Below, piece by piece: positions 35,581 to 42,924 of a DNA stretch of 64,000 nucleotides; within the stretch, counting starts at the first letter, position 1; every line of letters begins with the position of its first letter. The notes beneath the pieces were generated by a model. The model did no database searches and was not told where the DNA came from. It saw nothing but the letters and a program-made list of their open reading frames with translations. The translations under genes were made by a program, and so were the position numbers. The stretch comes from a virus (taxonomy: Duplodnaviria > Caudoviricetes), in IMG/VR virus record IMGVR_UViG_3300030372_002095, positions 1-64,000 of that record. One strand, written 5' to 3'.

Positions 35581-35678
35581 TACATTAAAAAAAAATAAAC
35601 AATAAAAAATAAAAGTAAAAGAATCTTAAAATTGTATAAAGAAACAAGAATCAACAATGTTATTAGAATCTTTGTCAT
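35580..35678 (-). CDS. 32-aa hydrophobic peptide (not in ORF track)
   Basis: Own translation: MTKILITLLILVSLYNFKILLLLFFIVYFFLM; ATGA and TAGTG coupling at both ends. Confidence 0.5.
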   Translation of the reverse strand: MTKILITLLILVSLYNFKILLLLFFIVYFFLM

Positions 35679-35851
35679 GGTGCATCTTTCATCAGTTCCA
35701 ACATCTGATAATAATAGATTAATCTAAACTCTAAATCTTCTGCTGTAATCATTGCTCTTTTTAAATTGTCTACCCTGCGCCAAAACAATTCGGCTGTCAT
35801 AGGTAGCTTAACATATTTATATTTATCTGGTCTTACTATTACTAAATACAT
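35675..35851 (-). CDS. 58-aa hypothetical protein (not in ORF track)
   Basis: Own translation: MYLVIVRPDKYKYVKLPMTAELFWRRVDNLKRAMITAEDLEFRLIYYYQMLELMKDAP; RBS AAAAAGGAGAAAGT. Confidence 0.7.
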   Translation of the reverse strand: MYLVIVRPDKYKYVKLPMTAELFWRRVDNLKRAMITAEDLEFRLIYYYQMLELMKDAP

Positions 35852-35867
35852 ACTTTCTCCTTTTTTT

Positions 35868-35997
35868 TAAGACTGGCATATTTTATACCCACAATGTTAA
35901 TTCATTGGGACAGGTATGTTTTTACATCCGGTAGCCTGTAGCGTTGACTAATAGCACTGAGTGCATCGCAACTTTTCATTATCAGAAACCAGTCTTA
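35868..35997 (-). ncRNA. candidate multibranch structured RNA (130 nt)
   Basis: Closing stem UAAGACUGG/CCAGUCUUA enclosing three to four hairpins; starts just after promoter Pd. Confidence 0.55.
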
Positions 35998-36002
35998 TAT
36001 AC

Positions 36003-36031
36003 CCTATAGTCCCATTCTATTTTATAGTCAA
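36003..36031 (-). promoter_or_regulatory. sigma70-like promoter Pd
   Basis: TTGACT-N17-TATAGG with AATGGGA; the -35 overlaps the terS stop. Confidence 0.6.
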
Positions 36032-36615
36032 GACTTATTTTCTAATTCTTTAATTTCCTCAAACGTAGTTTCAATACTATATTGTTTCTTCAAGTCCTGA
36101 ATCTTCTGTTCTACCTCATCTCTTGACATCGAATCTATAGTGCCTGTAAGGATCTCTTTCTTATCAACATACAAACCAGCAATCTGTCCACGGCGAGTCT
36201 CAGCAGCTACGGCAGCATTCCAATTCCCAGACTCAGACGCTTTATCTCTAATGCGTGCCAATGTAGATAAGGACCTTTCTTGTGTGCATTTATATCTTTC
36301 AGCTATGGCTCTTCTTTCTGATTCAATAGCTCCTGCAACCAATGGATACTTTTCAGGATGCTGCAACTCTGAAGCTCTTACAACAGCAGAACCAACTGCA
36401 AAACCCGCCTCAATAGCACACTGTCTAGCAGTCTTCAAACCTTCAGAATGGACAAGCAAAAGTATAAATTTACGTTGTTTACCTGTTATTTTAGGATTAA
36501 ACAGGTCATCTGAAAATGCCTGTGGTATTAATAATTCTTTGTTTTCTTCCATAATGCACCTGTTCAATAGATGTTTTTTCCCAAAAACTATACAATAATT
36601 AATCATCTGATGCAA
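36028..36615 (-). CDS. terS: terminase small subunit
   Basis: ITGKQRKF....TARQCAIEAGF..A...ASEL....P.V..AI, A...R...G..VDKKE; true start probably MEENKE. Confidence 0.75.
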   Translation of the reverse strand: MHQMINYCIVFGKKHLLNRCIMEENKELLIPQAFSDDLFNPKITGKQRKFILLLVHSEGLKTARQCAIEAGFAVGSAVVRASELQHPEKYPLVAGAIESERRAIAERYKCTQERSLSTLARIRDKASESGNWNAAVAAETRRGQIAGLYVDKKEILTGTIDSMSRDEVEQKIQDLKKQYSIETTFEEIKELENKS

Positions 36616-36643
36616 TGCGAGTTATGTTTGTAAATATAAAAAA

Positions 36644-36730
36644 GGTAACTTCTATAAATGTATAAGTTACCTCTAAGTTACCTTTATTTGGTAGCTGATA
36701 AGGGTTGTAACTTGGTAACTTGGTAACTTG
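36644..36730. repeat. iteron-like GTAACTT cluster, candidate replication origin or pac region
   Basis: GGTAACTT at 36644, AAGTTACC at 36664 and 36675, GTAACTTG x3 at 36707-36730, in AT-rich noncoding DNA. Confidence 0.55.
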
Positions 36731-36791
36731 TGTTCTGACGTAGAAGAGGTTGTATCTCTATCTAGGTAAAAACATCTATAGGAAGGGGTGT

Positions 36792-36992
36792 TTATGCAAA
36801 AAATTTAGGATCTTCACGCACAACTTGTAGTGCTTTGTACAAAGCTTCCTTACCTTCAGTAATAATTTGTTCCCATTCTGCAGGGGTATAAGTCCTGTCA
36901 TGCTTTGGATCGAAAAATTTTATGTGATAATTATCGCAGTTAGCGCACTTAAATATTTTTCTTACTGGGCTGTCTGGAAGGGTGATGTACAT
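36792..36992 (-). CDS. hypothetical protein with CxxC
   Basis: FKCANCD; W......G..AL pattern. Confidence 0.5.
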   Translation of the reverse strand: MYITLPDSPVRKIFKCANCDNYHIKFFDPKHDRTYTPAEWEQIITEGKEALYKALQVVREDPKFFA

Positions 36993-37167
36993 AACGCTTA
37001 ATCCTTTGTAATGGAAATAATATTACATTTTTAGGTAATTTTTTCTTAAAATAAATTGAATCCATAACTTTCATGGATTTAACTCTTTCATACTGGTTGG
37101 TCCGTGTTGCGAGAAGCGTGTCGAGTAGTTCTCGCTGCCTTAAAATCTCTTGGTCGCTCATAAGCAT
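36949..37167 (-). CDS. hypothetical protein
   Basis: Preceded by its own promoter and a hairpin leader; NVILFPL motif. Confidence 0.5.
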   Translation of the reverse strand: MLMSDQEILRQRELLDTLLATRTNQYERVKSMKVMDSIYFKKKLPKNVILFPLQRIKRYVHHPSRQPSKKNI

Positions 37168-37226
37168 CTTTCAAACCCCCGTATGAGGCTTGCTCTTAAC
37201 AGGGGTTTTGTGAATAAAATCGACTA

Positions 37227-37255
37227 AATATAGTATATTAAAGTAATTTATGCAA
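37227..37255 (-). promoter_or_regulatory. sigma70-like promoter
   Basis: TTGCAT-N17-TATATT, followed by an AAACCCC/GGGGTTT hairpin (37173-37208). Confidence 0.6.
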
Positions 37256-37298
37256 CTAAAAGGGTGGCTCTTCACCTTTTTTGACCTCTACAATAGGT

Positions 37299-37526
37299 TT
37301 ACTCTGGATAAATTTTGTAGTTTTTAAATGATTCGGGGTCCAAAGGCGGTCCCCAATACCAGTTATCGAGTTCATTCGAAGGTCCACCACTCCAGGCTTG
37401 GTGGTAATGTTTATTTTCATTGAGTTCCCCTTGTGAGTGACAAACCTTACACTGTTCAATGGCTTCTTCCGCCTCGAATCTAAGTGTATAATACCCATTA
37501 CCTTTACAATTGTGGCAGATAATCAT
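37299..37526 (-). CDS. DnaJ-type Zn-finger-like small protein
   Basis: CHNCKGNG and CKVCHSQG (CxxCxGxG-like) repeats. Confidence 0.6.
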   Translation of the reverse strand: MIICHNCKGNGYYTLRFEAEEAIEQCKVCHSQGELNENKHYHQAWSGGPSNELDNWYWGPPLDPESFKNYKIYPE

Positions 37527-37686
37527 ATCTTTTCCTCAAAATCTTATTTAACCTTTCCCACCTTACACGAGTTGCTATCTCTCGCCAAGTCTTTGGTTCA
37601 CGAAGAGCATTTTTCGAGACTTTTACGTAATCTTTTACTAACCTAGTTCTAAGAGTATCCTTTTTTTTCATGCTGATTTTTTCCAT
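37504..37686 (-). CDS. hypothetical protein
   Basis: Overlap-coupled small ORF. Confidence 0.45.
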   Translation of the reverse strand: MEKISMKKKDTLRTRLVKDYVKVSKNALREPKTWREIATRVRWERLNKILRKRYDYLPQL

Positions 37687-37853
37687 TTAAAATTATAACA
37701 GCGAATGCAATACCAGTTATAGTCTCGACCTTCAGGTTTACCCATCATAGAGTCTTTCGTATATCTTTTATTACATTCGCAGCATTGTGTTCGTTGAATC
37801 TTCCATCCAGGTTTTAGTCCTTGGTAAGATTTAAACTTAGGCAACAATGTCAT
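37668..37853 (-). CDS. small Zn-ribbon-like protein
   Basis: CCECNK...CIRCY. Confidence 0.5.
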   Translation of the reverse strand: MTLLPKFKSYQGLKPGWKIQRTQCCECNKRYTKDSMMGKPEGRDYNWYCIRCYNFKWKKSA

Positions 37854-37999
37854 GCAGCCAGCTTTCTTTTCTTTGCTTCTTTCTTTACTAAATATGTTAT
37901 TTGCATACCTGCGGACCTATCGTCCTCGGCAGCTAGTTTCTTCAATAATTTGTAGGTGTCAATTGCCACTGCCACCGACTTGAACTTCTTAATATTCAT
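37850..37999 (-). CDS. ribbon-helix-helix (Arc/CopG-like) DNA-binding protein (not in ORF track)
   Basis: Own translation: MNIKKFKSVAVAIDTYKLLKKLAAEDDRSAGMQITYLVKKEAKKRKLAA (beta strand, helix, RS turn, helix); ATGA coupling at both ends. Confidence 0.7.
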   Translation of the reverse strand: MNIKKFKSVAVAIDTYKLLKKLAAEDDRSAGMQITYLVKKEAKKRKLAA

Positions 38000-38286
38000 C
38001 CTGTTTTCCTTGTGTGTTGTTCATTGTGAATTAATAACTCTCGATCACCAAAATCAAAAGTTGGTTGCTCTGGTTCGTGAGCCGCGGTTGGTGTAAATTT
38101 TCTACCTGAATTTCTAGCAAGGTCCATCCACTGCTTACCTGCATCTAAATAAAATTCTGTCATCTCTGTGTCACCAATGTTCTTTGCATCAGCAGCACGT
38201 ACATAACATTCTTTAGCTCTAGTTAAACGCACACCAAGACGAAACCCTTCTTTAAAGGTCGTCTCATATTCTTTTTTAAGTATCAT
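37996..38286 (-). CDS. hypothetical protein
   Basis: RBS AAAAAGGAGAAAGT identical to that of 35851. Confidence 0.6.
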   Translation of the reverse strand: MILKKEYETTFKEGFRLGVRLTRAKECYVRAADAKNIGDTEMTEFYLDAGKQWMDLARNSGRKFTPTAAHEPEQPTFDFGDRELLIHNEQHTRKTG

Positions 38287-38300
38287 ACTTTCTCCTTTTT

Positions 38301-38490
38301 AAGTGTGAGCAGGGGGATTCTTTGACTACCCCCAACCTTTTCCCGACAAATCAACATCCTATAATGTTAACTAGTACTTCAGTACCACCCTCTGACACTT
38401 CAAGGCATTCGCCTCATATCGATCATCAAGTGTGCTTTACTACTTTGTGACAGTTGTTCAGCCATACTCGGAGAATGTTGCACCATTCTC
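38301..38490 (-). ncRNA. candidate structured leader RNA (about 190 nt)
   Basis: Five hairpins found by eye between promoter Pe and the RBS of the 96-aa ORF. Confidence 0.5.
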
Positions 38491-38500
38491 ATTTAATGGG

Positions 38501-38529
38501 ATAATATAAGATTACGTATTGATTGTCAA
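38501..38529 (-). promoter_or_regulatory. sigma70-like promoter Pe
   Basis: TTGACA-N17-TATTAT. Confidence 0.7.
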
Positions 38530-39063
38530 ATGAAAAATAGTGGGATATTCTTTTAATAAAGTAGTCATAGTTCTTGCCAGTTTTTCAACGTAATTAGGAT
38601 CTACAGCATACTTATGTAAAGTCTTAACCACAGCCAAAGGATCAATTTCTCCCGATACATACTGCTTTACTAACAGGTCCTGATACTCTTTAAAATTAGG
38701 ATGGTTATTTAATAGGTTAATATAATCTGCAACTGATTCACATTTTTTACCGTAGGTCCTAATCATAATACTAGGATTACCTAATGCTCTTAAATGTGGA
38801 GAAGTGGGATCTGTTTCAATAACACCGTAAAAGTTATTACCTTCTTTAGCAAACCTGGATTGTCCCCAATCAGATTCCAAGACGGCTTGTCCAACACTAA
38901 TAAGAATGATAACCCTTTCTGGTGGTGGAATAAAAGTATTAGCTAATAAAGTACAATCAGTAATTCCTTGAACAAATTCTTCTTTTGTAGAATAAGTAAA
39001 ATCAAAATTATTGAACGTTGTTTGACAAAATAAAAATAAGGTAAGACACAAAGATTTCATCAA
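38512..39063 (-). CDS. glucosaminidase-family (GH73/Bax-like) peptidoglycan hydrolase
   Basis: QAVLESDWGQSRFAKEGNNFYGV, YA.DPNY; hydrophobic N-terminus. Confidence 0.75.
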   Translation of the reverse strand: MMKSLCLTLFLFCQTTFNNFDFTYSTKEEFVQGITDCTLLANTFIPPPERVIILISVGQAVLESDWGQSRFAKEGNNFYGVIETDPTSPHLRALGNPSIMIRTYGKKCESVADYINLLNNHPNFKEYQDLLVKQYVSGEIDPLAVVKTLHKYAVDPNYVEKLARTMTTLLKEYPTIFHLTINT

Positions 39064-40937
39064 CCACCTGCATCTCCCCAGTTTTTACCACACTCTACAT
39101 CAACTTTACTTGGTACAGCGAGTTCAACACAATTTTCCATAATGTCTTTGATTCTATTCTTATCTCTATCGCTTGCAACAGAAAAATCTAATTCATCATG
39201 CACTTGTATGTGTGCTAAATATCCTTCTTTATCTAACTCTATCATAGCTTTCTTCGTTTGATCTGCTGCAGATCCTTGAATTAATCTGTTTAATGCTTTG
39301 TAGGTCCATGCACGTTTAATCATATGTTCGCCATATTCTCTTTGCGCTTCTGCCAAGGGTAAAGATTTTTTACCCCACTCATTTGTTGGTTCCCATAAAT
39401 CAAAACGGCAACGTCTACCTTCATGTGTATGAAGAAAACCTTTCTTACTAGCTTTGTTCATTGTATCATTCATCAATTGCTTAACAAAAGGTACTCTCTC
39501 ATTATAAGCTGCTAAAAGATCACTTGCAGTCTCCAGGTCAACACCGAGCTGTGACATTAGCTTACCTTTACCCATGCCGTAAAATAGTCCTAAATTAATT
39601 GTTTTAGCTTGTTTACGAGGGATGTCAGCCATCTCTGATACCATTGTATGAAAGTCAGTTGTTTCATCTTCATTGTATGAATCAACAAACTTATCTGCAC
39701 CTGAGAAATGACGAAGGCTTGCGTAGTGGACCACGAGCCGTGGTTCTTGTTGCGAGTAATCAAATATACCCCACTCATGATCTTTCTCCGGAATAAATAT
39801 AGATCTGATCAGTGGGCCGAGTATCGCGTGCCGTGCTGGAATTTGCTGTAAATTTGGATTTGAATAACTAAACCTACCTGTTACCGTTCCTCCCTGGTCC
39901 GATCGCATTTGGTGTATTTCAGCATGAATCCGTCCGCGGTGCGAATGCTTGGTGATACTTTCAATGAACGTGGTTCTCGCTTTGTTAATCTCACGACACT
40001 CCACAACCATTTTAGCAAGAGGGGAATCATGTGTCGCAAGAAAGTTCTTGTCAAACTTTGGTTGTCCCGTTGGAGTACTATCATATGACAGTGAAAGATT
40101 ATCGAACGCTTTTGCCACGCTAGTGGCAGCCCAGACTTCGACATCCACTCCAGAAAGTTTTTTAATAGATCGTAAGATTTTATTTTCTTGAGCAAGTAAA
40201 TCATTTTTAATCTTCTCCGCTTTTTCTAAATCTACTCGTACACCTTTTTGTTTCATCTTAAATAAAACAGGAAACAAATCTGTTTCTAATTCAAAAATGT
40301 TCGAAAGATTTTGTTTTTTAATTTCAATATCTAAATAATGCCATAAGCGTAGCGTTACAGCAGCATCTTGTTCTGCATATTCTCCTACGTGTGAGGCAGG
40401 AAGCTTCCATAATTCTCCTTTAGGATCTAAACCCCACATTTTGGCAGCCTCGTAAAGTTGGGCTTCTGATTTTGACTCTTGTAGATAATCTTTTGCTAAT
40501 GAGTTTAAATCAAATCTGAACCTATTCTCATCTACGAGTGGTGCCGCAATAAGAGTGTCTATTATTTTTCCTTTTATGTCAACATCCATCGCTTTTAACC
40601 AGCCTACATCGTAAAAAGCGTTGTGAAATATATAATTTATATTTTCGTAAGAACATTGTTTTCTAAGCCACCTGGTAACTAATTCTTTATCCATGTTGGG
40701 CGGTGTTTCGTGAGCAATGGGATAATATCCTTTCCATCCGTCTACTGCTACAGCGATACCAACTACTTCGCCGTGCTTACGTATATAACCAGGACCGGCA
40801 TCTTTAATACCAGGATCTCTTGTTTCTAAATCAATTGCTATCTCGTCATAACCAGATAGATCAGGGAATGTATCAGGCATAACCCATTCACTGGGCATGC
40901 GGTGTACTTTAGGAAACCAATTAGGTTGGTCTTTCAT
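39060..40937 (-). CDS. polA: family A DNA polymerase with 3'-5' exonuclease
   Basis: ExoI IDLET, TGRFSYSNPNLQQIP, motif A DYSQQEPR, motif B RKQAKTINLGLFYG, motif C QVHDEL. Confidence 0.92.
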   Translation of the reverse strand: MKDQPNWFPKVHRMPSEWVMPDTFPDLSGYDEIAIDLETRDPGIKDAGPGYIRKHGEVVGIAVAVDGWKGYYPIAHETPPNMDKELVTRWLRKQCSYENINYIFHNAFYDVGWLKAMDVDIKGKIIDTLIAAPLVDENRFRFDLNSLAKDYLQESKSEAQLYEAAKMWGLDPKGELWKLPASHVGEYAEQDAAVTLRLWHYLDIEIKKQNLSNIFELETDLFPVLFKMKQKGVRVDLEKAEKIKNDLLAQENKILRSIKKLSGVDVEVWAATSVAKAFDNLSLSYDSTPTGQPKFDKNFLATHDSPLAKMVVECREINKARTTFIESITKHSHRGRIHAEIHQMRSDQGGTVTGRFSYSNPNLQQIPARHAILGPLIRSIFIPEKDHEWGIFDYSQQEPRLVVHYASLRHFSGADKFVDSYNEDETTDFHTMVSEMADIPRKQAKTINLGLFYGMGKGKLMSQLGVDLETASDLLAAYNERVPFVKQLMNDTMNKASKKGFLHTHEGRRCRFDLWEPTNEWGKKSLPLAEAQREYGEHMIKRAWTYKALNRLIQGSAADQTKKAMIELDKEGYLAHIQVHDELDFSVASDRDKNRIKDIMENCVELAVPSKVDVECGKNWGDAGG

Positions 40938-41302
40938 TTTTTCTTCTCCTGTTCTTTATTCCATTCTTTAATTCTTTCAGAAGTTATTCTTCCTCGTCTC
41001 TCCCCTTCTGATTCAAAAGAAATATTTTTTTTATTTGTTCTTGCTTCTATCTCTCCAGCAATTGCTGCGTAAGCAGCCATATCTAAATAACTATCTTTTT
41101 TATGTTGGTTCATGAGCCGTGCTACTTTAACCAATGCCATACATATCGCAACATCATGCGCTGTAATTTTTTTCTGTAAAAAAACAGACCATAAGTCAGC
41201 AATGTTTTGATGATTTTTTAATTTATCACCATAATCTTCTTGACGATCACCACCAATTAATTTTTTAGCTTCATCTAATAAGTCTTGTGAAATCATGCAC
41301 AA
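40934..41302 (-). CDS. DUF6378-like protein
   Basis: LLDEA...I.GDRQEDYG....N...IA.LWS...DSY.D.A.YAA. Confidence 0.6.
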   Translation of the reverse strand: MCMISQDLLDEAKKLIGGDRQEDYGDKLKNHQNIADLWSVFLQKKITAHDVAICMALVKVARLMNQHKKDSYLDMAAYAAIAGEIEARTNKKNISFESEGERRGRITSERIKEWNKEQEKKK

Positions 41303-42924
41303 TTCCTTTCATGAAAAAATATAGGTTCATATTCATATTGTCCCTCTGTTCGATGAATAATATGTAACTCTTTTTTAGCTCTCGTAGCTCCTACATAAAA
41401 AACTCTAGCTTCATCATCTTTACCTTGTTGTGTTTCTGTTGATGACTTGTAAGGACCAAAAGATAAATCCGTAATTAACATTACATTATCTCTTTCACCG
41501 CCTTTACTTGCGTGTATAGTTGATACTTCAATACGAGGTATTGCATCTAGTTTATTTCCTGAACGCATAATAGAACGAAGGTATGGAATTCTTTTTCGTA
41601 AACCTTTTCCGTTTAACATATCATACCAGGTTATATCTTTCACACTTGCTGTTTTTGTACTTGATAACTTTATATCTTCTCTTAACCCATATTCTTTTAT
41701 AAGTGTATCTAAATTATACATTCCTTCATGTTGTCCTTTAAAAACACCATAGTTTCTTTTAATACGAGTGCTATCCATGTGATGATAAATAGTATCACAA
41801 TCAACACCAGAAATGCTTTCACCTTTTTGTAGACGTGTCCACGCACGTATGGCTTCTATATATTTAAAACTAATGACAGATGATCCATAACGTTTATACA
41901 ACCATCCATATGATTCTAAAGATTCAGAAACTTGCTTCACAATTTCGTGTGTTCTGCATAAAATTAACCAATTGCCTTCTTGCAATCCTTTGTTTAAAGG
42001 TCTGATATTTAAGACTTTTCTTGTTCCTTCTTCATCTCTTGGTTTATATTCTTTTGGTATTCTTTGTGAAATAGACTGTGCTAATTTTGTGGCAAGAGTG
42101 TGCACACTAACTGGAATACGATAAGATTGTGTAAGAGGAATAATCGTATTGTTTTCATCATTAGCCATGGCAATAAAATGTTCAATGTCTGCACCAGCCC
42201 AACGAAAGATTGCTTGGTCATCATCTCCAGCAACATAAGTTTCTAATGCTCCAGACTCTTGCTGTAACATGTCAACCACTTGCCATTGTTGTTTTGATAA
42301 ATCCTGAGCCTCATCAATAAATAAATATTTTAATTGTGGTGCGTTTCTATTTTTAATAAAATTAATAAAGTAATCAACGTACTCATACTTATCTCTATCT
42401 TCTTTAAACTTACGCAGATCTAAATCCATTTGTTCAATCATGTTCCGTGCGCCGTAGTTATTTAAAGTTGTTTCTCTAAATATTTTAGCCAGTCTATCTT
42501 CATCATCAGGATACTTTGCGTATGCTAAATTAATTATGTCTTGGTATTCACTCTTCGCAGTTGGCATTGCTATATCAACACCATTACCTTTACGCATTTT
42601 ATTTACATATTCATGACCCGTGAGCCGTGATAACTCGGCATAGTCATTATCATCCATAATTTGAGCTTGTTGAAGTTGTAAACGTCTGTACGCTAAACTG
42701 TGTAACGTAGAAAAATAAGGAAACAAAATCTTCACTTGTTCTTTACTAATCTTTTCATTAACCATAACTCTGTCTCTAATTTCTTCAGCAGCTTTTACAG
42801 TAAAACTAAAATAACCAATCTCTTGCGAAGTACACGCACCTGATTTTAAAAGTTCTTCTACTTTATTTTTTAAATACGTTGTCTTGCCTGTACCAGGAGG
42901 ACCTATAACAATATGTCTATGCAT
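41293..42924 (-). CDS. UvrD/Rep-like superfamily 1 helicase
   Basis: GPPGTGKT, IDEAQD, AGDDDQAIF, QSYR, STIHASKGGE, YVGATRAK. Confidence 0.88.
   Translation of the reverse strand: MHRHIVIGPPGTGKTTYLKNKVEELLKSGACTSQEIGYFSFTVKAAEEIRDRVMVNEKISKEQVKILFPYFSTLHSLAYRRLQLQQAQIMDDNDYAELSRLTGHEYVNKMRKGNGVDIAMPTAKSEYQDIINLAYAKYPDDEDRLAKIFRETTLNNYGARNMIEQMDLDLRKFKEDRDKYEYVDYFINFIKNRNAPQLKYLFIDEAQDLSKQQWQVVDMLQQESGALETYVAGDDDQAIFRWAGADIEHFIAMANDENNTIIPLTQSYRIPVSVHTLATKLAQSISQRIPKEYKPRDEEGTRKVLNIRPLNKGLQEGNWLILCRTHEIVKQVSESLESYGWLYKRYGSSVISFKYIEAIRAWTRLQKGESISGVDCDTIYHHMDSTRIKRNYGVFKGQHEGMYNLDTLIKEYGLREDIKLSSTKTASVKDITWYDMLNGKGLRKRIPYLRSIMRSGNKLDAIPRIEVSTIHASKGGERDNVMLITDLSFGPYKSSTETQQGKDDEARVFYVGATRAKKELHIIHRTEGQYEYEPIFFHERNCA

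Noticed and set aside
35965-35990. Hammerhead ribozyme core (CUGAUAAUGAAA)
   Set aside because: Does not fit CUGANGA-stem II-GAAA spacing; stem II is missing.
37256-37498. 80-aa ORF overlapping the 75-aa Zn-finger ORF
   Set aside because: Alternative frame with no motif; the 75-aa frame has paired CxxCxxxG motifs and is the better gene.
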